A stretch of 64,000 nt of DNA from Camelus ferus (lineage: Eukaryota). The position numbers were made by a program, and so were the translations under genes. Under the pieces are notes generated by a model. It saw nothing but the letters and a program-made list of their open reading frames with translations. It did not search any database and was not told the DNA's origin. Shown here piece by piece: positions 10,691-23,114 of the stretch. The stretch is taken from the NCBI RefSeq assembly GCF_009834535.1, contig NC_045697.1, forward strand, positions 15,378,001 to 15,442,000, given 5' to 3'. The first letter of the stretch is position 1. Every line of letters begins with the position of its first letter.

Positions 10691-12101
10691 CACTGCTTCT
10701 CCAAGTGTGGTCTGTGAGAACTCTGGGAGCCCCCAAGACTCTCTCTTTCAAAGAATTCAGAAGGTGAAAACCACGTATCTCTTATACTATGTTGGCATTT
10801 TTACTAATGGCTCAAAAGCAATGGTGGGGAAAACTGTTGATTACTTGGCAGAAATTAAGGCCACATCACCAAACTGTATTAGCTAGTAATTCTATTCTTC
10901 ACTGTCATATACTCACAGGAAGAAAGAAAAAAAAAAAAAAAAGAGCCAGTTACTCTAAGAATGTCCCTGAAGAATAGTTAAAATTTCAAATTTTATTAAA
11001 TCCTGGTCACTGAATACACGTCTTTTTAATCTTCCAGTTGACAAAATGGAAAATATGCATAAAGTACTTCTGTGCACAGAAGTAACACAGTCGTCTCCAG
11101 GAAAAGAATCTGTGTGGTTGTTTGAGCTGCAAACTGAAGTAGCTGCTTTTTAATTTTTCTTTTAATCACAGAACACATTTTTCCTTGAAAAAAATGACTG
11201 ACAGACAAACTACGATTATTCAGACTTTTTAGTATCTGGCAGATATTGCCTTAAAATGAAGTGAGTCTGTGACTTCAAAGAAAACAACTGTTAACAATCA
11301 TTGCAAAGATAAAAAGTTGAGCTTTCAAATGAAAATTAGAGTATTTGAAACTTCTACCTAATATCATAAATTTGATCACTTCACATTATATTCTGATGAC
11401 ACTGGTTTTATATTCATGAGTGTATTTTTTTGTACTGTACAATGAAATGTACCCACATTTGAAAGCTCTTCCATGATTCAATGAATTGTTTTCCAAACGA
11501 CCCATTCATGGATAGAAGATCTATTCAAAGTGCAAAACAGATGCATAGATTTTAAAATAACAGAATATGAAGAGGCAATTGATATGTTTTCCAATTGCAT
11601 GATGCAATTAGCCTTTAAGAAAATACTACCTATCAAGTATCGGTGTAACATCAAATAATAACATCCAGCGTTTTCTGAAGGGCTGTTAAAGTACTCTTCA
11701 TTTTTCCAACTACATGTCTCTACAAGATACAATTTTCTTTATACACTTCAAACTTCAACCAAAATAATATATTGCAACAGATTCAATACATAAGCCATTA
11801 TAAGAATCCAGCTGTCTTCTATTAAACCAGACATTAAAGAGATTTATAAAAAAAAGGTAAACAACGCTGCTATTCTCATGAAATTTGAAGTTATTTTTAT
11901 AATATGTAATTTTGTTACCTTGTATAATACGTAATTTTGTTACCTTGTATAGTAGGCTTATTACTTTAAATTAGTAATTGAAGGTATTTTAAAAATTTCT
12001 CAATTTTATCATCTAATATGGAAATTACTGATAGATCTGGCTATACTCAATGATTTTTCATAGTGTAAAGGGAACTGAGACCCCAAAGTTAGAGAATACA
12101 G
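10691..12101 (+). mobile_element. hAT DNA transposon, Charlie1a-like, near full length
   Basis: Start CACTGCTTCTCCAAGTGTGGTC and end GAGACCCCAAAGTTAGAGAATACAG resemble Charlie1 termini. Transposase remnant GIFTNGSKAMVGKT and internal GAGAATCC-like/CCAGCTGTCTTCTATTAAACCAGACATTAAAGAGATTT. Length ~1.4 kb. Confidence 0.9.
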
Positions 12102-12479
12102 GGGGTAAAAAAAATGGCACAAACATTTTCAATCATTCTACACAGAGAATACTTGCTATATGCCAGGCTCTATGGCAGATGCTTTGTTTATAGCAGAAAA
12201 ATAAAAAGAAAACCTAATCGCTGCCCTAGTGAAGTCCATGGTCTGGTGAGATATGACGATAATAATCTATCACAAAACTGAATCCACAATTACTACCAAC
12301 AATCATGGCACAAAAAGGCTTTAAGGCTTTGAATAACATGTCTGGATAAGGAGAGAGAGGTAAAAAATACTATGTACAAATGCCTCTGGAAAGCAATAGG
12401 GAACTGCTGAAATTGGGGGTTTTTAATTCATTTATTTTTCAAGGAATATATTCAACATTTAAAAAATATGTGTTTGTTT

Positions 12480-14215
12480 TATCTGAACATATATTTATTG
12501 TAAGTGGCACATGGCTGTTAATTTTATCCAGTAATATGCTCATTTTTAAGTTGGAGAATCTGTCCATTTATATTTAATGAGATTACTGACAGAATTGATT
12601 TTAAATTTACCATCATCTGGCCTACTTTCCATTTGTCCCACCTGTTCTATCGTCCTTTTTTCTTTTTTTTTTTTTGTTCCAATATGAATTTATTATTTAT
12701 ACCATTTTTCCCCTTTATTGGCTTGAGTATCACGCTCTTATTCAATACTTCAGTGATAACTCTAGATCAGGATTTCTCAATCTAAGAACTATTGACAATT
12801 TGGACCAGAGAATCCTTTGTTATGTGAGGCTTTCCTGTGCATCCTAAGATTTTAGAAGTGTCTCTGGCTTCGACCAAGGGAAAGTTAGTCACATCCTTCC
12901 TGCTGTGACAATAAAAAATGTCTCCAGATATTGCCAAATGTTTCCTGGAGGACAAAATTACTCTTGGTTGAGAACTACTGCCCTTGACTCATCAAATTTT
13001 AATGTAAACAAGGACTTTTTCCCTTTTCGTGAACATGCAAAAGGCCTTTCAATCTGTACCCCTCCTCTCAATTTTTACAACATGCCTGTTGCTATTTTAA
13101 TTCACTATGTATCTCAAACCCCATAGGAAGTTCTATTGTTTTATACTATTTTATACCATCGATATTTATTTAGACTTATCCACATGGCGCTTCTGATCTT
13201 CCTGCAACTCTGGGCTTTAAACCCTGGTCATTTTCTTTCTGCCTGTAGAATATTCTTACCTTCTCTGGGGTTATATACTGCTGATAAGTCCTCTCAGCTT
13301 TTGTTTGTCTGAACATTCCTTTTTACACTGTTATTTTTGCAGAATATTTCCACCGAGGACAGAACAGTAGGTTGTTTGTTTTAACAATTTGAAGTTTCAT
13401 TTCATTCACTGTCTTCATCAGTTGCTTCTATTGAGAAATCTGCTGTTGGTCTAATTGTTGCTCTTTGAAGGTAAAATTATTTTCTTCTAGATGCTCTGAA
13501 GACTTTCTTAAATTTTTGGTTTTCAGCAATTTGTGATAAGTTTCAGTGTGGCTTTCTTTATTTTCATCTAGCGTAAGATTCATAGTATCTCCTGAATCTG
13601 TGGCTTGAAATCTTTTGTCAATTTGGAAACATTCTCAGCCATTTTACCTTCAAATATTATTCAGCTTCATAGTCTCTCCCCTCTCCTTCTGAGACTCCAA
13701 TTACATGTACTAAGATACTGTCACTGAATCTCATGTGTTTTTATATTTTGTGTGGGATGTTTTCTATCACACTGTCTCTCCCCTTGCTGTATTCTGTATG
13801 TTTTTTTCTTCCTGAACCAATTTCTGTTTTTCTATTTCACTAATTTGCTTTCTGAGTCTAATCTTATCTATCTAGTTTTTTCTGTCAAGAAGTCCATTTG
13901 TTGAATGTTTAATACAGTTGTTGTATCTTTCAGTTGTATAATTCTCACTTGGTACTTATATAAAATACATTCCAGATCTGACAAAACTCCTAATTTTAGC
14001 TTATTTCTAGAGCATATTAAGCATAGTTATTTAAAATTCCATAACTAAGGAATCCATAATCTAGATTATCAGTAAATCTATTTTTATCATGTAATGCTTA
14101 TTTTGGTCTTTAATCAGATGGTCTTGTTCCTCATATGCCTCTATAATATTTTTAGTGTTCCAAACACTGCATATAAAACATTTCTGGGATGACTTGAGGC
14201 CTTACATAATACTAT
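12480..14215 (-). mobile_element. Ancient L1 (L1M/L1ME-like) ORF1-region fragment
   Basis: T-rich strand with TCTCAGCTTTTGTTTGTCTGAA, TTCTATTGAGAAATCTGCTGTTGGTCTAATTGTTGCTC and CTCTCCTTCTGAGACTCCAATTACATGT, typical of reverse-oriented old L1 ORF1. Confidence 0.75.
12768..12980 (-). mobile_element. MER20 (hAT-Charlie MITE) nested in the old L1
   Basis: CAGGATTTCTCAA..GTGACAATAAAAAATGTCTCCAGATATTGCCAAATGT..GGTTGAGAACTACTG, with terminal inverted repeats. Confidence 0.92.
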
Positions 14216-15334
14216 CTTCTTCCACATTTGGGATGAGTAATTCTTCACTGCTTTGGTAGCTTTCCTGATTCTTTCAAACAATTGTTTTTGGTACAACTGT
14301 TCTTTTCAGACTTTCTGAAGTAAAAGACAAGTTATCCTTCTTTCTTTTAATCCTTTATAAATGATACATGGTCCAACATTGTGGTAACATAACGTGGTCC
14401 ATTGTGCATTATTAGGATGCAGTTCATGGCAAGTGTGAATCGTTACACAGTTTCAAGAACCACCCTATCTGGTCTATATATCATGTTCAACAAGATCAAT
14501 CCAACAAGAACAACTGCACTTGGATGTTGCAAAAATATTTAATTGCTATAAAAGTTTCTAAATACTTCAATTTCTGCCTTGGTTTCTTGCACATTTGTGG
14601 TGGTTGGGGGGGGGGGGGACCACAGTTTAATGACAGTATTACAGACCACATTTAGAGATACACTATTCCAAGTGACAGTAAAGGAAATGCTACAGTTAAA
14701 AGAAGAGATCTAAAAATAAAATAAGCAAGACCTACTTTGTCTTGAGTTTAAAAAAGAAAAGTCTATGTTTCAAACTAAATTTCCATGATTCAAATAAATA
14801 AGTGGGCTAATTTTTAAAGCTTTTGCTCTAAAAAGATTCAGCAAACATTTGCTCAACTTTCCCAGTGGTAAAGGGAACACTATGCCTTGAGGATTATCTA
14901 AAGCTAACCAGATAATGCCATCTGCATTTGTACTAACACCTCATTAATTCAGAATCTGTGATAATTTGGCCAAGTAAATTAATAGTGTGAGAAGAAAAGC
15001 AGTGAAGTGTTTAAAGCCACTCAAAGAACTACATTTTCAGTCATTCTCAAATACTTTAGAAGCATCCTTTCTCTTACAGGAATAAAGGACATGCTAATTA
15101 CAATCTCTTTCCATGTATTCTTTACAGCAATTAGCCTCAAAGAAGTGGAAGCAATGTTTAGTGAATTTGTTCTGTTATACACCCACGCTAAATTTACTTA
15201 AAAGAAACAGAAAGAAACTTTTAAAATGTGTTTCTATGAATTCAGCCAAAATTTCCACTCCCAGTTAGTCCAAATTAGGAGCTTTAACTAGAACATTAAT
15301 ATGTAAAGTATAAAGCTTTTTAGTAGAGCATCTG

Positions 15335-15885
15335 GAACATCTGTTGCTTTTGTATGACCAGCATCCATTCCTCTTTTTGGTAATACAAACCCAATTTTTC
15401 TTAGGACCTTCCTGAAGTCCAAGTGATTTGAATGGTTTGAACCTTATTACTGAATCCAGGGGTAATGTGTGAGCCAGGCATGGCTAATCAAAGATTGCCT
15501 TCTCTCTGACTGCAGTCGCTGGTTCAAAGATTACCTTGTGATCCATGCTGGGCCAAGGAAAGACACATCCATAACCTTGGCTAACACTCTTAGGGAAGAA
15601 ACATTTTTCTGCAGACATTTACAAAGTAAGAGGCTATAAAACCTGAGGCTGTACATGAGCAAATTTCGACCACCTATAGACAAAGTGCAGCTGAAAATTA
15701 TCAAGTAAAAGAGGAAATGAATGCCAAGGGAAGGAAAGAGACCATGCCTAATGCTTACTGAGAGCCTGGCTCCAGCCAGACCCTTAACTAAATTTGCACT
15801 GATTTGTTGTAACGAGTCAATATAATTAGTCTATGTTATTGTTAAAATCAATTGATTCATTCACGTACAAGAGTTTTGACTACTT
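15335..15885 (+). mobile_element. Old MaLR LTR, MLT1K/L-like
   Basis: ACATCTGTTGCTTTTGTATGACCAGCATCCATTCCTCTTTTTGGTAATAC and TGTGAGCCAGGCATGGCTAATCA resemble MLT1K/L starts. Confidence 0.65.
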
Positions 15886-16514
15886 CCACTGCTTTGTTAT
15901 GTGCAGCAGGTGCTGGGAATAAAAAGAAGTTCAGGAGGTAAAACCCATCACAAGGAAATTATAATATTGTTGGATGGAAAAGGTATCAGTTGTCAACTCC
16001 TTAAAGGCAAGAACTTGTGTCATTTTATATTATCCTGAGTGTCCAGCAAAGCAGGCATTCAAAAATACTATTTGAATGAATGGATGCATGCATGAATGCA
16101 TTTGTATTCATACTTTTTCATTCATTCAACAAACATGTACTGTGGACCCTTTGTGTGTCAGGCACTATTCTAGGAGCTAAGGAGACAACACTAAGCTAGA
16201 CAAAGCTCCTTGCTCAACGATTTTCAATTCTAGCTTATATAAATATTTTAAAGTTCTGAAACCCTTCTTCCGGCAGTTTCTAACTCTCATCCATTATTCA
16301 TTTGTTTTTGTTGTTCTCAGCATTTAAGCACTATCTAAATTGCTATGAATTTTGTTTGTTTATCCTGTTTCTGTTAGACTTCCTCCATTAACATGCAAGC
16401 TCCTTTGCTTGCTTTGACTTGCGTGGATTTTGTGTGACGAAAGCCCTGGAGAATGGGAGGCAGTGTATCTTTATGGTTCACTTTACATTCCCAATACTAA
16501 GACAAGGACCAAAT

Positions 16515-16930
16515 GTCAAGGTCTTGCCGGGAAAGAGCACAAAACTGGCTATTAATGACAAAGTTCACAAAGGAACAATTTATAAAAATGGAGGCAGAAT
16601 GGAAGGTAAAAAAGCAGGGTGAATACAACAAAGCACCAGTACCAAACTCCAGCTGGAATGTGTGCAAGGAGGGGACAGGGACCAATGCCAGAACCCAGAG
16701 ATAAGAGCTGAAACTGCAGAAGGCTGCTCAATGAGAGCTGTGGCCACAGCGCAGTCCCACACGGAGAAAGCCTGAGGTCAAAAGCCAACCCCTTCCTCAC
16801 TTTTTTCGCTCTCTTCCATCTAGAACTGGTTCCCACTATGGACCAAACCCAACTGGAAGCCATATTTCAAGGGAGACCATTGATACCTGCAGCCCTGTGT
16901 AACGAGCCGAGGCAAGAAGAGCAGAAAATC
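16515..16930 (-). mobile_element. ERVL-class LTR, LTR33-like
   Basis: TCCCACTATGGACCAAACCCAACTGGAAGCCATATTTCAAGGGAGACCATTGAT resembles the reverse LTR33 consensus. A short MLT1-type 3' end follows at ~16945-17040. Confidence 0.65.
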
Positions 16931-17519
16931 TACCCGCCTGAACCCAGCTTAAAACGCAGAACTGTAAGCAAATAAAATCACTGTGATTTTAAGCCATTCA
17001 TTTTAGGGCAGCTTATTATGCAGCAAGAGATAACCAAAGTAATATATAATAATAAGATCAATTCATTTTTAGCAATGGTTTAAGCTGTACACATTCAGAG
17101 GTTTTAGCTAATGTGATCAGCTTAGCATTTACTTAATATTTTAGGGAATTTTGCCAACTTTTTAAGAACAGTCTTTAAGAGGATTGAAGATATATGGTAC
17201 CCTTTTAACCTGTAGCAGGAACTAATCTCTAAACTAATGTGCATGCTTAGAAAAAAAAAAAGTTTAAAAGTTTACATCCTACCCACACAGTAGAGACTGA
17301 TGCAGACCCAGAGTCCTGCAGAAAATTTTAAAGAAAATTTTGCAGACAAATCAAAATTTAAAACACTCTATCAGGGTGAAGAAAAGGCAGTTATTTCTTT
17401 TCATTGATCTTCCTCATGAGTCCCACTGCTGTAGTAGGAGGAAATAAAACTTTAATTTTAATTCAGTCAGGATATAATAGAATAATTTAAAATGTCTCTG
17501 ATCTCTTTAAAATGACTTT

Positions 17520-18365
17520 CTTTTCCCCAGATTTGGCCCCTTCTCCAGATACTTCTTTGTAAGGTGCCATTTGCATGTAACCCACAAGGCTTTTTAAAAT
17601 CTCATCTTAATTTTCCTAATTAAATAAATGGCAAAAATTGGGGTCCCCTGGTGCCTTGGTGGCCCCTCGTTGCACTGCTGGGGTTTACATGATCTGAGCC
17701 TCTCTGTAGATGGACTGTTGGCATTTGCTGCTAAAGTCTGCAGTTCACGGGCCTCTTGGTTATTCTTGTTCAGCCTGGTCAGGTCCTGGGGATCCCTGCT
17801 GCCGATTCAGCTTCATCTTCATTCTCATTGGTCCTGCAGACCCCCAAGGATCATTATCCCTGGCATTTTCACCCAGACTCGGGTGGTCCTCCTGCAGTGT
17901 TGGCTTTGCTTAAGGGGTCACCCTTCTAATAATCAGTTTCATCAAGCTTTCAGCAGCCTCAACATGAACCTTAGGGGAGCCTGTGGGAACTTCAGGGTTC
18001 CTTCTATGATTTGAGAACATTAAGTTAGCCTGTCCCACTCTATCTAACCATGTGGTTTCCTCAGGGTACTGCAAAGGGATCCTAACATTTGTCTCCCAAA
18101 GTTTCTACCTAGAGGCAGGGCAAATTTCCACCACAATTAGCTTTACCCACGTCTTATCTGACCTACCCCCTCATCTCTGACTTCTGTCCAAAGAGAGATT
18201 AAGACACAAGTGGCTCAACTCTGTTTCTCTCAACTTGCCTCCTTCATCTTCCATAGCCTCCCAGAGAGGCAAGAATCCAGTTTCCCTCTTCTTTCTTTAT
18301 GGCCAGGAGAGCTTCCTATGTGGTAACCTAGATCTCGCTCTCTTTTTCTAAGGACATAATGTCAG
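17520..18365. mobile_element. Unclassified old LTR-like repeat
   Basis: GC-richer, CT-skewed block with the texture of an ancient ERVL/Gypsy-class LTR. No diagnostic motif recognised. Confidence 0.25.
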
Positions 18366-18499
18366 ACAAGGTGCAGGGATAGAGAAAGGGGCATAATGGG
18401 AATAGAGAAATTACCATAATGTTCCAATCAGAACAGAATTGGGAGAACACTTCAGAATATGCTCTTTCAATTTATATTTCAACAAGCAGATGTCAGAAG

Positions 18500-18900
18500 A
18501 GCCTAGCTGCCAAGAGTTTGAGTCTCTGACCCAAACTGCCTAGGATCGAAGCTCTCTGGTCTCATTCTTAGCTGTGTGACTCTGGGCCAGTTTCTAACTT
18601 CTACACATCTGTTTCCTCATTCATAAAATGGAGATAATGTTACCTACCTCATGGTGTTGTGGTAAATGAGTTAGTTTAGGGGGGAGGGTATAGCTCAAGT
18701 GGTAGAGCGCATGCTTAGCATACACAAGGTCATGGGTTCAATCCCCAGTACCTCCTCTAAAAATAAATAAGTAAGTAAACTTAATCACCTCCCCCTACAA
18801 AAAATTAAAATAAAATAATAAAATTTAAAATTTTTTTAAAAAGTTAGATGTCAATTTAAAAAAAAATGAGTTAGTTTAGGTAAAGTATTTGGAAATAAGT
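18500..18900 (+). mobile_element. MIR interrupted by the camelid SINE
   Basis: TTAGCTGTGTGACTCTGGGCCAGTT..TGTTTCCTCATTCATAAAATGGAGATAATG core; resumes as TAAAGTATTTGGAA after 18880. Confidence 0.85.
18681..18863 (+). mobile_element. tRNA-derived SINE, camelid vic-1 type
   Basis: GGGGAGGGTATAGCTCAAGTGGTAGAGCGCATGCTTAGCAT head with Pol III A box TAGCTCAAGTGG (18691-18702) and B box GGTTCAATCCC (18735-18745). AATAAA-rich tail. Perfect direct repeats AAATGAGTTAGTTTAGG at 18664-18680 and 18864-18880. Confidence 0.93.
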
Positions 18901-21319
18901 CTAATGCTTCATCAACTCTCCTTAATCATGGTAGAATGACTGACTGTGAGTTCATAAGAGATCTCTCCCTAAATTAGGGTGAAAGAGTGAATAGTTTGAA
19001 GTGATAATAATATTTCAGATACTATTTCTGCCATTCTCCTATATGAGCTGTTATGGGAGCTTCGGAGAGACTGAGTTATTTGTTTTTTAGTTTTATTTCC
19101 CAGGTTTTGACCTTCCAGCTCACTGGGGTTTGAAATGAATCTGCAGGAAGCTTTATTATTTGCTCTGACTCAGTGCAGGATAATTGTTATTTAAATAGGA
19201 CCGTAGGTGTGTGCTGGGGAGATGCTAGGTGAAACACCAAGGAATCAAAAGAGAACAAATAACCCTGTCCCTTGAATTGCTGACTGTTCTACTATGGGAG
19301 ACATAGGGAAAACAGGCTAGAAATGAGTCAGTTCCAAGAGGCAAGTAGCCATTTACAATTTCACTGAGCAGATGCAGTTCCATCCAAAAGAGAATCCACC
19401 ATTTAATCTGAAACCAGCCGATAATATATTGGACTGGGGGCTCCCCATTGCTTCCAGCTAAATAAGCAATGCAGGACTCAACTAAGCAATACTCCAGTGG
19501 TAGAAAAAATAATAATACTATAAATGTCTGAGTATCTCATATAATTACAGAACCAGGGCACGACGCGCTTAAATGTAGGCACCGGAGGGAAAGAAGCTCA
19601 GACGCCGCGCGAGATGTGTGCTGCTTGTGACACCTCTGCTGGTTACAGGTTGCCACTATGGTCCAGCTTGGGTACCACCTGCCCCAGCAGACCCACCTTG
19701 GCCCTTTGTGAAGGTTGTTCAGCAGAGTGAATTAAAGCAGCATCTTTGCAGGATCCATTTCCATCTTGCAGCCTCATGCTCTACAGAGCAATTCTCAAGG
19801 ATTAACCACTCTGCAGATTCTTATAAAGACTAGTTTCATTGTTTTCTTTCCAATTTAGGAAAACGTAGCTAGTGTCCTTTAAATTTCTTTTTTTAAACAA
19901 ATCATTAGACTAGCTCTTTCTCAATGTTATGTCTATTCATTTCCTTTTAGTAAATATCTTCATCTCAGTATAGTGTCAAGAAGTGAGATAAAATAAAACA
20001 AAACCCACAAAATCATGTGTCAGTGAACTGATCCAAGAGAGTATCACATTAACTATCTCCATTTTACAGATGATGAAACTAGGGCCAAAAAAATGATGCT
20101 ATTGTAATCTATACTTAAATTACTTGTAATTTTTTTCTTTCTCATTAAAATTCAACATTATTTCATCATAGATATGAACAAACAAAATAGAGAAAATATT
20201 CAGGAGGCAAAAGTATTTATATTTTATTATATAGTCCAATGTCTACATTTTTATGATTTCATTTTTACTACAGTGTTTCTGGAAGATGCTTGCCTTTTCT
20301 GGAGAGTTATTTTTCAGTGTATGTTGATTTAAGATGTTTACAATTCTGATTACTTGTTAAGGCATCTTTTTAAAGTAGTTTTATTCATACAGGTCAATGT
20401 ACAACTGAGACAAAAAAGGGAAAATGATCTGCTGGTCTATCATAACAATAAAAGAAGATTTAAATTAGGTGTGTGGCAAAATGCTTAGAAACTGAGTTGG
20501 AAAATCAGTTCAATTCATTCACCTATTAATAAAAAGAAATAGTTTTTGAGAAGGAATAGCTTGGAGTGACAGAAAATACAGAAGGAGTTCCTATTTGGTT
20601 TGTTTTTCCTTATGAAGCAATAACCGTATATGCAACCAAGAGAGAGAACTATAAAAAACAAAGACAAGGAAAAATAGCCTGATTTACTTAAGGGTAGATT
20701 CTTTCTAATGCATGGGAAAGAGGAGAGTTGTGATAGTTTCATAAGCAGAAATTAATAATACTAGAAGAGCTATCTATCATCATAACAACAAATCAGGGGT
20801 AGGCACTGGTTTTGGTAAATATTAGGAATTTTTCTTCCTGTTGGGCATATATCCAAGAGAATGGAAGATCCTTCTAAATAAAATGGAATCAGTAATAAAG
20901 AAATTGTAGATTATGTACAAAAAGGATTTTCAGTCCTACTGCATTTAAACAAATGGGTTCAGAATGTTAATGGTTTCTGTTTTACTTACATGTTTATTCC
21001 TCATGGAATCCGTCTATATAGTACCCATACTATGTACTTTGTGGAATGCCTACTTTTCCTACATTCAATTTGATTAAAAAATATATTTTATGTACCAGAC
21101 ACTCATATTGTGAAGTGGGAATATAAGATGAGTAAGACTTGCTTCCAACCTTCAATATACTTTCCCCACTTTGAACTTTGACGGTCCTTAAATCCCACCT
21201 CAAGTTCAGTATCTTTCATGAAGCCATTTAAACTATTCTACCATACTGTGCATCTCTCAGCTGAAATCCTATTTGTCCATATAGTCTAGCATTTACTTTT
21301 TCTGTGATTTTTTTCAGAT

Positions 21320-21560
21320 CCATTTACTTGTTCATTTATTCAGTGAATAATGATCACTTAATATCTACCACCATGTTTTAAAAGACTGGAGACACAACAG
21401 TGAAAAAGACTGACTAGGACCCTACTATTGAGGTGCTTACATTCTATATAAAAGTAAGGTAACAAATAATAAAATTTGAACAACTTATAGAAACTATGAA
21501 ACAAAGTCATGGGATTGAGTAATGGAAGGGCAGATAATTTAAGTAAAGATAAGTAACACT
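21320..21560 (-). mobile_element. L2 3' fragment
   Basis: TTCATTTATTCAGTGAATAA..ACTGGAGACACAACAGTGAAAAAGAC..GGTGCTTACATTCTA. Confidence 0.65.
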
Positions 21561-21584
21561 CAGAGAGCACTTACTAAGTCAACC

Positions 21585-21740
21585 ACAATTGTTCTCCTAA
21601 TAAAGACACTTGTTAATGGATTTAGAGCCTAACCTAATCCAGGGTAATCCCATCTCAAGATTTTAACCTAATTATACTTGCAAAGACCCTTTTACCAAAT
21701 AAAGTCACATTTCATAGGTTCCTGATAGACAGTATCTTTC
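21585..21740 (-). mobile_element. MLT1B/C/D-like LTR fragment
   Basis: GGATTTAGAGCCTAACCTAATCCAGG..TGCAAAGACCCTTTTACCAAATAAAGTCACATT. Confidence 0.8.
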
Positions 21741-22084
21741 ACTGAGAGCCACCCTTCAATCCCCTACAAGTCTTCAACCAAGCTTCTGAAGTATCACTGT
21801 CACCTTCTGACAGGTATAGACACTCTAGTACAGAAAGAGTAAATAATTGCTGTGGGCACTGGGCTAGTATGTGGTGGAGCTGGGGTTTGCAGTGCAATGC
21901 TGGCTTCATGGTCAGTGTGCTTAATTCCTCTTCATCCATATGGTGTCAGGTCAGCATTCTCGTGGGGGTGGTATTTGCACTGAGATCTGGATAATGAGAG
22001 AGAGCATCCAGGTAGGAGGAACTACAATGGCAGGAAGAGTAGTTCTGTCTTCTCAGTCAGATGGTATCGAAGGTTTAAAACATG

Positions 22085-22593
22085 TAGGGAATTCTTCCTA
22101 TGTAGCTGGGCGTCTATGCACCACCCCTTGGATTTTGATGGCCTTCTGACTGTAACTGACTGAGAGACTTCCGTGGAAGTAACCCCGTGTGACCTCTGAG
22201 GCTGGGTCATAAAAGGGGCTGCAGCTCCCACCTTGTTTGCTGGCTCAGGCTTGGAGCCCTGAGCCACCATGTGAGAAGGCCGGCTACCCTGAGGCCGCCG
22301 TGCTGTGGGAGAGCTAAGCATGTGCTGCCTCCAGTCCACAGTAGCAGTCTTCAAGTCCTCCCAGCCAGGATGACTGAACAAGCCTTCACATGATTTCAGT
22401 AACCATCTGTGGAGTTACTTTCACATTATGCATCCTCCCAGATGGGCCAAGATGTGATATGGCACAAACAAGCCATGGTGTTGTGTCATGTTAAAATTCT
22501 TGGCCCATGGAATTTGTGAGCACAATAAAATGGCTGCTGTTGACTGCGACTCAGTTTGGGATGCTTTGCTATATAGCAAGTAGTTACCAAATA
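22085..22593 (+). mobile_element. MaLR LTR, MLT1G/H-like
   Basis: GTGTGACCTCTGAGGCTGGGTCATAAAAGG, GAGCCACCATGTGAGAAG..CTACCCTGAGGCCGCCGTGCTG, ending GCTATATAGCAAGTAGTTACCAAATA. Confidence 0.8.
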
Positions 22594-22696
22594 TAGCTCT
22601 GCTATTTCGTCTACTGAGTTTCCTAAGTCATATCCCACAGGGCTAAACACAACACAGGTGTAGTGTGGTACAGGAGAAAAAAAAGGAAGAAACATA

Positions 22697-23114
22697 TTTA
22701 TCAGCAGTTGGTCAGGAGACTAGAAATCATTTTAGCTATTTTAAGGAGGAAGAGAATTAAGACAGTAAATTAAATGCTTACCAACTTTTGGAAGAACTGA
22801 AAGGAAAGGTCAAGAAGCTCACTGCTGAGTTTTAGGAACTCCGAAAGGACAGGAAAGCAGGGAAGTTGACACCAATGAACTCCACTGCCTGCAGCATGGA
22901 AGCAGGTGTTTTGCACGAATTCACTAGGAAGCCACTGCAAATTTTATGTCTGCTGCCTGGCCATGTGTCTGCCAGGGGCTGCTGCCAGAGAATAATGGTT
23001 TATCTTTCCCTCTCGCCTTCCAAATCTATTCTATAAACTAGATCCTGCATCTGGGGGAGGGTTTAAATGGGCAGGAATGGCCCTGAGATCTAACAATCCA
23101 ACAACATACGGGCA
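22697..23114 (-). mobile_element. ERVL-class 3' LTR attached to an ERVL internal remnant
   Basis: TATCAGCAGTTGGTCAGGAGACTAGAAATCA end resembles old ERVL LTRs. Adjoining TTTTCTGCCTCTTTGG is a PPT-like purine tract on the minus strand. Confidence 0.55.

Noticed and set aside
17628..18014. 128-aa ORF
   Set aside because: No recognisable domain, and it lies in GC-richer repeat-like sequence where long chance ORFs are common.
18681..18755. tRNA gene (A box, B box, tRNA-Ala-like head)
   Set aside because: It is followed by a SINE body and A-rich tail, flanked by 17-bp TSDs and inserted in a MIR, so it is a SINE.
19626..19645. CTCF site (CCAGCAGAGGTGTC on the minus strand)
   Set aside because: Mismatches in the GGC core of the CCASYAGRKGGCRS consensus make it too weak without a PWM scan.
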